Source: an uncultured Alphaproteobacteria bacterium
GTDB taxonomy: Bacteria; Pseudomonadota; Alphaproteobacteria; HIMB59
Direction: 5' to 3'
Assembly: GCA_902527045.1 (NCBI GenBank)
Contig: CABZNL010000005.1
Span: 332 to 64,331, forward strand
Length of the DNA: 64,000 nt
This document shows, piece by piece, positions 39,691 through 49,333 of this stretch. The position numbers were made by a program, and so were the translations under genes. A model generated the notes under the pieces. That model had not been told where the DNA came from and did not search any database. It saw nothing but the letters and a program-made list of their open reading frames with translations. Each line of letters begins with the position of its first letter. The first letter of the stretch is position 1.

Positions 39691-40881
39691 CTAAACTTTT
39701 AACATCTTTCTAGCATACCAATCGTGAAAGACATGAGTTGGTTCATCCATCACCGGTGAAAAGCGCCCTCCATCAAAGCCCTCCGCATACCGGCCTTGTT
39801 GCATTCTTTCTACTACAAAAATATCTTCTTCAAATACGGTTCTCCAAAGCTTGGTATTCTCTAAGCGTGTTTGCTGATATTCATCAGACAGCATAGAAGA
39901 GTCTGAATAATAGATTTCAACATGCTCTTTGATTTGATCACATCCAATTGGTTCAATAATGAGATTAAAAACATGATCTTTTTGAACACCCAATATTAAA
40001 TTTGGAAATAAAACAATATATTCTCCTTTGCTGTCCCATTCAGAGCTTAAATTTTTAAAATTTTGAAATTGTTTTCCTGTTGAATATCTTGGAATATATT
40101 TATTACTAATTTGTCCAGAATAATGCCCATATTTTACAATATTTTCATGATCCTCTAACTTGGAATAACTATTTAAACCCGGGTGAATCCAAGGGAGGTG
40201 GTAGGACTCTAAGTAATTTTCGACTGCTAGTTTCCAATTAGTGTTTACCTCAAGCTCAAAGGATGAGTCGCTCATATCTGAATACATAGGTTGATCAAAA
40301 GAGGACCATCGTTCTAACAAAGGTTTATGAACCTCTTCAAAGGGTTTTGCCCTGCCATCAGGATTCACAAATATGACATCTCTCCAAACATGAGAACGAA
40401 CCTCAATTAATGATAATTCACTTTTATTAATATCTGAGTGATAGTTATAACCTGGTCCTCCAATATGAGGAGTAGCAACAACTTCTCCGGTTTGCTTGTA
40501 GCACCAAGAATGGTAAGGACAGCGAATTGCCCACTTCAGAACTTTGGGGTCTTTAATGAGGGTCATACCTCGATGTCGACATACATTTTGAAAAACACGT
40601 ATTTTTTTATCTTGGATACTGCGAATTAATAAAAGAGGATTTTTAAAATAATTGACCGGTCTCACAGAACCAGGTTGAGGTAGGTCTTTTACAAAGCCTA
40701 CGGCAAACCAACCTTTGTTAAAAAGAATTTCTCTCTCTAAATCAAAATATTTAGTTTTAGTATAATATTCATTAGGGATGCCTTTTGCTTCGTGTATTGG
40801 TTTAATACATTGTTCTAATTTTTGAAGATCTTGAAAATAAACTTGTTTGGTATCTTGTTGGTCAACATCTACTTCTCTCAC
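39691..40881 (-). CDS. Rieske non-heme iron oxygenase alpha subunit (choline monooxygenase/quaternary-amine demethylase-like)
   Basis: NVCRHRG...CPYHSW Rieske site; NWKLAVENYLESYHLPWIH; EED..VVERMQ. Confidence 0.9.
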   Translation of the reverse strand: MREVDVDQQDTKQVYFQDLQKLEQCIKPIHEAKGIPNEYYTKTKYFDLEREILFNKGWFAVGFVKDLPQPGSVRPVNYFKNPLLLIRSIQDKKIRVFQNVCRHRGMTLIKDPKVLKWAIRCPYHSWCYKQTGEVVATPHIGGPGYNYHSDINKSELSLIEVRSHVWRDVIFVNPDGRAKPFEEVHKPLLERWSSFDQPMYSDMSDSSFELEVNTNWKLAVENYLESYHLPWIHPGLNSYSKLEDHENIVKYGHYSGQISNKYIPRYSTGKQFQNFKNLSSEWDSKGEYIVLFPNLILGVQKDHVFNLIIEPIGCDQIKEHVEIYYSDSSMLSDEYQQTRLENTKLWRTVFEEDIFVVERMQQGRYAEGFDGGRFSPVMDEPTHVFHDWYARKMLKV

Positions 40882-40900
40882 AATTAATTCCTTTTTATTG

Positions 40901-42367
40901 TCACGTTAAATCTATCCAAATAGTTTTTAGCTCACAATACTGATCATGTGCAGCTAAAGATTTATCCCTACCCCCGAAGCCGGAGAGTTTATAACCCCCA
41001 AAAGGAGTAGTGATATCGCCCTCGCCGTAACAATTAACTGCTACAGTCCCAGCCTTTATTTTTCTTGCAGCTACATGAGCCGTCTTATTAGAGTTAGTAA
41101 AAACAGAAGCAGCCAGTCCGTACTTATTTTGATTAGCTAAAGCTATGCCTTCTTCTGGATCTTTAAAGGTTGTAATTCCCAAGACAGGGCCAAAAACTTC
41201 TTCAGAAAATAGAGTATTTTCAGGCTTTACGTTATCAAATATTGTTGGCTGAACAAAATATCCACCTGTATCTTCTCTAGTTTTTTTACCTCCAATAACT
41301 AAATTATTTTTATCCTGGTTAGCTTGATCAATGAAGCCCATGACCTTGTCTAGATGTGCTTGTTCAATCATTGGGCCAATTTTAGTTGCAGCATCTAAAG
41401 GATCTCCCACTACCCACTCTTTAGATTTCTCGACAATTAATTCTAGTAGTTCATCTTTGATTGATTGATGAACAAGTAAACGAGAATTTGAAGAACAGTT
41501 TTCTCCCATATTCCAAAATATAGAATTAGTGGCGTGATCAGCTGCTGTGTCTAAATCCTCAGTGTCACCCATTACAATAAAAGGATTTTTTCCACCGCAC
41601 TCTAGTAAAACTCTTTTAAGATTAGTATCAGCAGAGTAACGTAGAAACATTCGCCCAGTTTCAGTAGAACCAGTAAAAGCAACACAATCAACATCAGGAT
41701 GTTCACCTAGCGCTTTTCCCACAGTCTCTCCAAAACCACAAACAACATTTATAACACCATCGGGAATGCCAGCCTCTGCAGCAAGTTCTCCAATTCTAAT
41801 TGTTGAAAGAGAGGTTTGTTCAGCAGGTTTCAGAACTACTGTATTTCCAGTTGCAAGAATGGGACCTAGCTTCCAGGCAGCCATCATTGCAGGAAAATTC
41901 CAAGGTAGAATAGCCGCGACGACACCCATCGGCTCCCTGACAATCATCGAGAGGATACTTGGATCACTTGGAGAAATTTGATCGTACAACTTGTCAATTG
42001 CTTCGGCGTGCCAGCGAATAGTATTAATTGTTTCTGGCATATCTATTTCTAGACAATCAGTTATAGGCTTGCCTGCTTCCATAGCTTCCATCATCGCTAA
42101 CTCCTCTGCATGTGCCTCTATAACTGTTGCAAATCTCAATAAAACTTTTTTTCTCTCAGCAGGTGGCATCTTAGACCAATGACCCTCCTCAAAAGCTTTT
42201 CTTGCTGCGGACACCGCTTTATTAACATCTTCACCGGAAGCCTCAGCGACACTTGCTAAGACTTTACCGTTAGCAGGGTTAATAGTCTCAAATGTTTTGC
42301 CTTCAGATCCAGGAAGAGGCCTACCTCCTATGATCAATTTTGTTGAAAAATCAACTGTTTTAGACAT
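40901..42367 (-). CDS. NAD(P)-dependent aldehyde dehydrogenase (PuuC-like)
   Basis: PWNFP, KPAE, FTGSTETG, LECGGKNP, GENCS, EEVFGP. Confidence 0.93.
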   Translation of the reverse strand: MSKTVDFSTKLIIGGRPLPGSEGKTFETINPANGKVLASVAEASGEDVNKAVSAARKAFEEGHWSKMPPAERKKVLLRFATVIEAHAEELAMMEAMEAGKPITDCLEIDMPETINTIRWHAEAIDKLYDQISPSDPSILSMIVREPMGVVAAILPWNFPAMMAAWKLGPILATGNTVVLKPAEQTSLSTIRIGELAAEAGIPDGVINVVCGFGETVGKALGEHPDVDCVAFTGSTETGRMFLRYSADTNLKRVLLECGGKNPFIVMGDTEDLDTAADHATNSIFWNMGENCSSNSRLLVHQSIKDELLELIVEKSKEWVVGDPLDAATKIGPMIEQAHLDKVMGFIDQANQDKNNLVIGGKKTREDTGGYFVQPTIFDNVKPENTLFSEEVFGPVLGITTFKDPEEGIALANQNKYGLAASVFTNSNKTAHVAARKIKAGTVAVNCYGEGDITTPFGGYKLSGFGGRDKSLAAHDQYCELKTIWIDLT

Positions 42368-42381
42368 AAATTACTCCTTAT

Positions 42382-43347
42382 TTAGTTCCTTTTAATTGAA
42401 GACTGGATTAACCAATCTTTCTCTTCCTGCCAATCTCTCCAAACCATTCTATTGTTAGTAGTATGGTTGATGGGTAGTTTTGACATGGCAATTCTTAAAT
42501 CATGGCGTGCAGGTGCTGCTACATTTGGTAGGGGTTTACGGGGTGGGCCCATTTCTCTACCTGATAAATTCGCGGCTGCTTTAATTCCTGTAAGGTAGTC
42601 AACGTCGTGTCTATTTTCTCCCAGCCATAAGCACACGGGTTCCATCAATTTCCATAAATCCATAGCATCTTGATATTTTTTTTCTTCAATTAAATTAAAT
42701 AGTTTAACACATTCATGGGGCATAAAATTTACAGCTCCCCAAATCATCCCTGTACATCCACTCATTAATGCAAATGGGGCAAAGGAGTCTATTCCACAGA
42801 AAACACTTCCTCCCGTCTTGATAAATTTTTGCAAATTTAAAAAGTCTCCTGAACTATCTTTAATATAATCTAAATTTTCTATTGCTAATAATTTACGATA
42901 AGTGTCTTCAGAGAGGGGTGCGGCTTGCTGTGGAACATTATACATTACGATAGGAACTCTCACTGCTTTTGCTATAGCCTCATAGTGATAAATAATTCCA
43001 CGTTCTGAGGGCGGTTCCAGAAAAGGTGGCATAACCATAATTGCAGTTGCACCTGCATCTTCTGCGGCCCTTGCTTTGTTAATACACTCATTAGTACTAA
43101 GTGCAGTAGTTTGTGCTATCGTAGGGCACCTGCCATTAATATGTTTTACACCCTCTGAAATTAAAGTTTGTTTTTCATCATCTGTTAGATAAGCGTATTC
43201 ACCAGTGCCAGAACATAGGACTAAACCATGTACACCCGCTTCTAATAAGTCCTCGATATGAGAGTGGTAACGCTTTAGATCAATTCCCTCTCCACTATCT
43301 TGGAATGGGGTGCACATAGCTCCGTAGATACCTTTTAAAATAGTCAC
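42382..43347 (-). CDS. DHDPS/N-acetylneuraminate lyase family protein (probably not DapA)
   Basis: TPF, CSGTGE (variant of GTTGE), MYNVP, IKDSSG; C-terminal extension. Confidence 0.85.
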   Translation of the reverse strand: MTILKGIYGAMCTPFQDSGEGIDLKRYHSHIEDLLEAGVHGLVLCSGTGEYAYLTDDEKQTLISEGVKHINGRCPTIAQTTALSTNECINKARAAEDAGATAIMVMPPFLEPPSERGIIYHYEAIAKAVRVPIVMYNVPQQAAPLSEDTYRKLLAIENLDYIKDSSGDFLNLQKFIKTGGSVFCGIDSFAPFALMSGCTGMIWGAVNFMPHECVKLFNLIEEKKYQDAMDLWKLMEPVCLWLGENRHDVDYLTGIKAAANLSGREMGPPRKPLPNVAAPARHDLRIAMSKLPINHTTNNRMVWRDWQEEKDWLIQSSIKRN

Positions 43348-43405
43348 CTTCCCATAATCTCCTTGTTTAAATTATCCAATGTATCATAATTGGTTATCAT
43401 TTCTT

Positions 43406-44743
43406 TTATAAATCCCTACCGGCTGTCATTTCTCGAGATTTAATTCTTAAGTTAGCCCCTATTTGGGTTAAAAAATTAGGCGGCAAAAGACTTGGTTTTT
43501 CAATATTTTCATACTTATCAAGTTGAGATGAGTTTGATTTACATGCTTTGTCAATGATTAATTTTCCTGCCAAAGTTCCTTTAACTGTTCCCAATCCATT
43601 AGAACAACAAGCTGAAAAGAGATTTTCATCTAACTCACCAAAAGCAGGGGCACCGTTTAAGGAAAGACAAACTCGCCCTCCCCAACTAAACTCAAATGGT
43701 ATTTCATTTAAGTTAGGAAAGCGTCCTATAAAACTTTTTCGGTGTTTTTGACAGGAGTTTTCAAAATCAGATTTAAGTGACTCAAGATTTTGGCGACATC
43801 TCCAAGTATTCCTAATAAGAAGTCTAGATTGATTTTCACTAACCTTAATTTTTCTAACAGTAGTGCCAATAGGATTTGAAGAGGTCAAGCCCCATGAGGG
43901 GTCACTTTTTAAAATACTATCATCAAATTTTTTAGTAAGAGAGGAGTAAGTAAAAATATGAATAAGTTGATTTTTGTAAAATCCAAAATTTGTTATATGC
44001 CCATTAACTGCAAAAATAATATTTTTAGTTATTATTTTTCCTTGAGAAGTATAGGCGTCCCAACTACTATTTTTTTTTTCAATTTTTTTTATAGGACTAT
44101 TTTGAAAAACTTCGATTTTATCACTGAGTCTTTCAACTATTCTTTTGATATATTCAGCAGGCTGAATTAGAATTGTCCCAGGAGTATAAATTCCTTGTTC
44201 ATAATAGTTGGAACCAGTGATTTCAGACATCTGTTTGGAATCTATAGACTGATAGTCCTCTCCTAATGCCTCTAATTGTTTTTTATAATCTTTATTGAAA
44301 GAAATACCTTTGGGTGTTGCTGCACCATTTAGCTTACCTATCTTGTTATATACACTTTGGGGAATATCGTACTCTTCAACCATTTGTGATGAAAATTCTA
44401 TAGCCTCACGATTAAGAGAAATTGAGTCTTTATCTTTTTTAATTGAACTTAAATAATCTCCTCTTGCATTTATGTTGTGAGGAACATCGATCATGAAGCC
44501 ACTATTCTGGCCAGCTGCTCCTTCGCCAATACCAATTGCATCAATGAGAATTATTTTGTCGCCATTACGAAGTTCCGTTAGTCTTTTTGCTGCGGATATT
44601 CCTGCAAAGCCACTACCTATAATAAGCCAGTCACAGGAGTGATTTCGATCAAGAGTGGGGGCAAAATATCGGCTATCACTTATTTTTAACCAGCCATTTT
44701 CGCCGATTTCTAATGGAAATTTGCTAGATGAGTAAGTAGTCAA
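43406..44743 (-). CDS. FAD-dependent oxidoreductase (DAO/PuuB-like)
   Basis: IIGSGFAG, GAAGQNSGF, FSWGG, NGLG..KGT. Confidence 0.85.
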   Translation of the reverse strand: MTTYSSSKFPLEIGENGWLKISDSRYFAPTLDRNHSCDWLIIGSGFAGISAAKRLTELRNGDKIILIDAIGIGEGAAGQNSGFMIDVPHNINARGDYLSSIKKDKDSISLNREAIEFSSQMVEEYDIPQSVYNKIGKLNGAATPKGISFNKDYKKQLEALGEDYQSIDSKQMSEITGSNYYEQGIYTPGTILIQPAEYIKRIVERLSDKIEVFQNSPIKKIEKKNSSWDAYTSQGKIITKNIIFAVNGHITNFGFYKNQLIHIFTYSSLTKKFDDSILKSDPSWGLTSSNPIGTTVRKIKVSENQSRLLIRNTWRCRQNLESLKSDFENSCQKHRKSFIGRFPNLNEIPFEFSWGGRVCLSLNGAPAFGELDENLFSACCSNGLGTVKGTLAGKLIIDKACKSNSSQLDKYENIEKPSLLPPNFLTQIGANLRIKSREMTAGRDL

Positions 44744-44760
44744 AACACTCTAAATAGTTG

Positions 44761-45831
44761 CTACCCTTTGGGCAGCCACTTCTCTTCAGCTTTATACTTA
44801 TCTTGATGCTTGGTATTAATGCTACTTAAAGTTTTATCTGTACCTAAGATAAAATGTTTGCTCATGTCAGGATAGTATTTGTAGGAGATAGGTTTACGAC
44901 CTAAAGCCACAGCCATTTCTCTTACATGGTGTGGGGCTGCCCCACAGCACACTCCAATGAAATTAATATTTTTACTTTGACAGTCTTTGGCAAACTCAGC
45001 CATTTCATATCGATTACAATAAAGATTATCAATGCCCACAGGGAAAGGTCTGTTGTTAGGAATACAATCACAGCCCTCATCTGGCAAAGAAAACCAAACA
45101 GGAAATTCATCTGTAGTTCTGACAGGAACTGGCAACCCTGCGACATGACAAGATACTTTTTCACGGATTTTAATTAAATGTTTCATTGTGTGATAAGGTC
45201 CTCTAAAACAATTTAAACCAACAACCTCAGCGCCATTGTCTTCGAACTTTTTACAGGCATCCTCCGGGGTATCATTATCCCTTGTAAGATCATTTGCTGG
45301 TATAGCTAAATTTACCACTGCTATTAAGCCTGCCTCTTTTATTTTTTTAAGAGCAATCAACGCTTCACCAGTCCACTGAATTGTTTCAGCTACAACAAAG
45401 TCAACGCCTGCATCCTTTGCCCAGCCAATTTGTTCTTCATACATCTTCTCTACTTCAACTAATGAGGATTTATTATTGGGATCATATATATTCGTGTTAG
45501 CAACATCTCCTGCGATCATTAAATCTAAATCAGGAAATTCATTTGCAGCATCTTTTGCAATTTTTAAAGCATTTAATTGAAGTGGTTCAAGTAATTCCTC
45601 TTTACCTATCAATCGAAGCTTTTCACGATGACCATAATATGTGAACGCTTGAACAACATCGCTGCCTGCTCTAATAAATTCTCGATGAAGTTGAGTAACC
45701 ACTTCTGGATGCTCTAAAACTACTTCTGGTACGAAGGCGCCTGCCTGTAAATAGCCCCTTTTTTCCATTTCAAATAAATAACCCTCAGCACACAAAACTG
45801 GGCCCTTGTCTAATCTTTGAATTAAATCCAT
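44761..45831 (-). CDS. bhmT: Betaine-homocysteine S-methyltransferase (eukaryote-like BHMT)
   Basis: EGYLFEMEKRGY..G.F.PE, LHREFIRAGSDVVQAFTYY, VGLNC, FP, GVCCG..PHHVREMA. Confidence 0.85.
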   Translation of the reverse strand: MDLIQRLDKGPVLCAEGYLFEMEKRGYLQAGAFVPEVVLEHPEVVTQLHREFIRAGSDVVQAFTYYGHREKLRLIGKEELLEPLQLNALKIAKDAANEFPDLDLMIAGDVANTNIYDPNNKSSLVEVEKMYEEQIGWAKDAGVDFVVAETIQWTGEALIALKKIKEAGLIAVVNLAIPANDLTRDNDTPEDACKKFEDNGAEVVGLNCFRGPYHTMKHLIKIREKVSCHVAGLPVPVRTTDEFPVWFSLPDEGCDCIPNNRPFPVGIDNLYCNRYEMAEFAKDCQSKNINFIGVCCGAAPHHVREMAVALGRKPISYKYYPDMSKHFILGTDKTLSSINTKHQDKYKAEEKWLPKG

Positions 45832-45926
45832 AAACCTCTCCTCTTAATGAATAAAACTCTATTATGGAAATAAATCCATTTCTAGTTTAAAAAAAGATAG
45901 GATATTAAAGGTTTAGGAGAGTAACA

Positions 45927-47021
45927 GTGGGGGCAAAAAAAGCAGATTTTTTCGACTCAAGGGATAAATATTTATCTTTCGTGAATTCAACAAATGAGAA
46001 AAGTAAAATTGCTTTCGAACTCGCAAAATACATAAAAAAATCAAAGATAACCAAAGATGCTTTTAGAATTTTTGACGCTGGAACCGGAGATGGAAGTGTA
46101 ATCTCTACACTTTTATCTGCTGCTCACGAAAAATTTCCCGAAGACCCTATTATTGTTGTAGGAAAAGAAATAAGTATTGATGATATCAATAGCTTACTAG
46201 CTTTTTTAGGTTATCGGTTCTATGAACATAAAAATTTAGTTTTTTGTATAACGAATGCCTCTTATAAAGATATACACGAGAAAGAGTTTAAAGATTGTAA
46301 GCTTATAAAAAAAGAACTCTCAGGAAACTCTAGTTTTAGTTTTAATCAACAACTTATGAATATGAGCGATGTTATTAAAAAAAATTGGGAAATAAAAGAA
46401 GATTCATCTACTACACTATTACGGCCCAAACATAAAAGCTTTATGGTAATTTATAGAAAAGATCAAAAAATCCCTTTAATTCATTTAATTCCTAAAAAAT
46501 TAACTGATATCCCTGGAGTTTATGATTTTATTATAGCATCACAAGCCTTTCGATTGAGGTCGCCCTATCAAAGAACTTTGAAACTTGTATTATTACCATT
46601 GATAAGGATGTTAGATTTTAAAGGGCAACTATTTTTTATCTATTCATCGGGAAATGATTTTACGAAAAAAATATTAAAACAATTTTTTCCTGAAATTAAT
46701 CCATTTCAATTTAATGATCCAAGAACCTTTATAAAAACTATTTCACAAAATATTCCTGAATTCTCAAAAAAATATAAAGTAAATGTATCAAATTTCCTTT
46801 TCTCTTTTCTGAACATTTCTCTTTCTTCAAAAAGAAAATTTTCTCCCATGAATTCACTAGGACTTTGGAATGCTATTACTTATGTGGGTCAAATATCAGA
46901 AAATGAGCAAAATAATATTAAGATTAATGTTAAATTTTTAGATAAGATTAGTAGTAGTGCAAAAAAACTCTCATTAAACTTTAAAGATAATATGATGAGG
47001 TTTGAAAAAAAAATAAAATAA
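45927..47021 (+). CDS. Hypothetical protein with class I SAM-methyltransferase-like motif
   Basis: RIFDAGTGDG (motif I-like), VGKEIS, YDFIIASQ; AGGAG RBS. Confidence 0.55.
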   Translation: MGAKKADFFDSRDKYLSFVNSTNEKSKIAFELAKYIKKSKITKDAFRIFDAGTGDGSVISTLLSAAHEKFPEDPIIVVGKEISIDDINSLLAFLGYRFYEHKNLVFCITNASYKDIHEKEFKDCKLIKKELSGNSSFSFNQQLMNMSDVIKKNWEIKEDSSTTLLRPKHKSFMVIYRKDQKIPLIHLIPKKLTDIPGVYDFIIASQAFRLRSPYQRTLKLVLLPLIRMLDFKGQLFFIYSSGNDFTKKILKQFFPEINPFQFNDPRTFIKTISQNIPEFSKKYKVNVSNFLFSFLNISLSSKRKFSPMNSLGLWNAITYVGQISENEQNNIKINVKFLDKISSSAKKLSLNFKDNMMRFEKKIK

Positions 47022-47035
47022 ATTAATATTTATCA

Positions 47036-48322
47036 ATGAGTAATTTTTCCAGCAAATTCGCAGATCGCAAAATTGGACCAAAATTTCTCGATGCTATTAA
47101 CCAAAATTATCAAAATCAAATTTATAAACCTCGGCTCTATGAAGATAAGATAAATTTTGACCGTCTGAGAATGTACCGATTAAACAGGGTGCAAGAACAA
47201 CTTCGTTTAAATAATGTGGGAGCATGTATTTTATTTGATCCCATTAATATTAGATATGCTACTGATAGCAGAAATATGAGCTTATTTACAATGCATGAAC
47301 TTGTTCGTTTTGTATTTATTTCTGCTGATAACAAAGTAATTTTATTTGATTACCCTAAAAGTGAACACCTCTCTAATCACCTTTGTACAATTGACGAAAT
47401 AAGAGAAGTAGTAAGTTGGGATTTTTTTTCTGCAAATAATTTTGTAGATAAAAATGCAAAACAATGGGCTGGAATTGTTCAAGATTTAATGCGTGAACAT
47501 TCTCCTGATAACAACAGGCTTGCTATCGATGTATCTGACCCTGTTGGAATTCAAATACTTCTTAAACAATTTAATGTTGAAATATTAAATGCTCAAAAAA
47601 TTGTTGAAACTGCAAGATCAATTAAATCAGATGATGAGTTAGTATGCATGAAGGCCTCTATTGAAACAGCTGAAAAAGGAATGTGGCTGATGAAAGAAAA
47701 ATTACATGCTGGAATGACGGAGGAAGAACTTTGGTCATATATGCATAAGGTTAATATTGAAAGTGGGGGTGAGTGGTTCGAGACTCGTCTATTGGTGTCT
47801 GGCCCTAGAACAAATCCATGGCTTCAAGAATGTAGTAATCGTGTGATTGAAGCTGGTGATATAGTAGCGTTTGATACTGATATGGTTGGACCCTACGGTT
47901 ATTGTGCTGATATATCTCGAACCTTTGTCGAGGGAAATAAGTTTAATAATGAACAAAGAAGGCTTTATGATTTAGCCTTGGAACATATCAACCACAACAA
48001 GTCTCTGATTAAAGCTGGTTTAAACTTTCGAGAATTTGCTGAGCAATCATGGAAGTTACCTGATAATTGTTATGACAATCATTATCCTTGTATTATCCAT
48101 GGCGTAGGATTATGTGACGAGTGGCCTTTTGTTGCCTACCCCAATAAAGATTTTAGTAACTCTGATTACTCTGCCCATTTTGAAGAAAATATGACTATTT
48201 GTGTTGAGAGTTATATTGGAGAGGTTGGCGGAAAAGAAGGTATAAAACTTGAGGATCAATTCTTGGTAACTAAAGATGGGCTTAAACAGTTGAGTTCATT
48301 TCCTTATGAACAATCAAATTAA
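47036..48322 (+). CDS. dddP: M24 peptidase family, DddP-like DMSP lyase
   Basis: FDPINIRYATDS.NM, GGEWFETRLL.SGPRTNPW.QEC, FDTD.VG.YG.C.DISR, HGVGLCDEWP, CVE, KLEDQ. Confidence 0.7.
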   Translation: MSNFSSKFADRKIGPKFLDAINQNYQNQIYKPRLYEDKINFDRLRMYRLNRVQEQLRLNNVGACILFDPINIRYATDSRNMSLFTMHELVRFVFISADNKVILFDYPKSEHLSNHLCTIDEIREVVSWDFFSANNFVDKNAKQWAGIVQDLMREHSPDNNRLAIDVSDPVGIQILLKQFNVEILNAQKIVETARSIKSDDELVCMKASIETAEKGMWLMKEKLHAGMTEEELWSYMHKVNIESGGEWFETRLLVSGPRTNPWLQECSNRVIEAGDIVAFDTDMVGPYGYCADISRTFVEGNKFNNEQRRLYDLALEHINHNKSLIKAGLNFREFAEQSWKLPDNCYDNHYPCIIHGVGLCDEWPFVAYPNKDFSNSDYSAHFEENMTICVESYIGEVGGKEGIKLEDQFLVTKDGLKQLSSFPYEQSN

Positions 48323-48345
48323 AGGTTATTATCAAAAGAAAATTT

Positions 48346-48672
48346 TTAAATTTTACTAGATATCCAGTTTTTTAAATCAGCCTCTGAACCTAAGCCGATT
48401 TTAGTGTCAGCTATAGAACCGTCTTTGAATAAAATCATTGTTGGAATACTTCTTATACTAAAATTTGCTGGTGCTTGAGGATTTTCATCAATATTAATTT
48501 TTTTGATTGAAATTTTATCCCCCATCTCTGAGGCAATATTATCTAATATGGGAGCTATTGCCTTACAAGGGCCACACCATTCAGCCCAAAAATCGACTAA
48601 AACAGGTGTATTTTTTGAGTATTCCATAACCTTTTCTTGAAAGTTACCATCATTAATTTGTTCTACTGACAT
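48346..48672 (-). CDS. trxA: Thioredoxin
   Basis: VDFWAEWCGPCK, IRSIPT. Confidence 0.97.
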   Translation of the reverse strand: MSVEQINDGNFQEKVMEYSKNTPVLVDFWAEWCGPCKAIAPILDNIASEMGDKISIKKINIDENPQAPANFSIRSIPTMILFKDGSIADTKIGLGSEADLKNWISSKI

Positions 48673-48688
48673 ATTATATATATGGGAA

Positions 48689-49333
48689 TTAGTATTGGTT
48701 TTTCAAATATAATTCTTTTGTTCCAACGTGTGGATTAACACTAACAGTTTCATATCCATATAATTTTCCTTCAATAGAGCAATTAATCCAATAATCTTGG
48801 ATGTTAAAAATATCAGGATAATGATTAAGAGATTTATTTCTGATCAAGTGACATCCCTGGAATTGCGTGTTGTGGTTGACTGATGGAAAATTGATTATGT
48901 TTTTATTTTTCATATCTAAATCAAAGATTTCACTATTTGAATTTACAAGTAGTAGATTTTCAACGTTCTTATTTTCATTAAAAAAATTTATAGACTCTTT
49001 TATTTCATTTACAAATGTCTTTTGCCATAAATTATCAGTATTTAAAACTAATAAATCATCATTTTGTATTTTTTTTATAGCGCCCCCTGTTCCTAGAATA
49101 TTGGGTTCATGAGATATAAAAATATCAGTGTAATTTTCTTTTATATAGCTTTCTAAGATTTGGTTTTGATAATGTGTATTAACAAAAATTCTTTGATGAG
49201 AAATTTTTTGTGCTATTTCTATTGCATAATCAATAAGTGTTTTCTGGTTTATCTTGAGCATAGGTTTAGGAATATTTTTGGTCAAATCATCCATTCGATT
49301 TCCATATCCAGCTGCTAATACTAAAATATTCAT
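48689..49333 (-). CDS. Nucleotidyltransferase, MurU-like
   Basis: LAAGYGNRM..T..PKPML, VNTHY, LGTGG; next to amgK-like and tsaE. Confidence 0.8.
   Translation of the reverse strand: MNILVLAAGYGNRMDDLTKNIPKPMLKINQKTLIDYAIEIAQKISHQRIFVNTHYQNQILESYIKENYTDIFISHEPNILGTGGAIKKIQNDDLLVLNTDNLWQKTFVNEIKESINFFNENKNVENLLLVNSNSEIFDLDMKNKNIINFPSVNHNTQFQGCHLIRNKSLNHYPDIFNIQDYWINCSIEGKLYGYETVSVNPHVGTKELYLKNQY

Noticed and set aside
45832..45926. SAM-V/SAM-II riboswitch upstream of bhmT (also checked upstream of ahcY, 53190-53247)
   Set aside because: No recognisable conserved core or pseudoknot; an Infernal search would be needed to exclude it.
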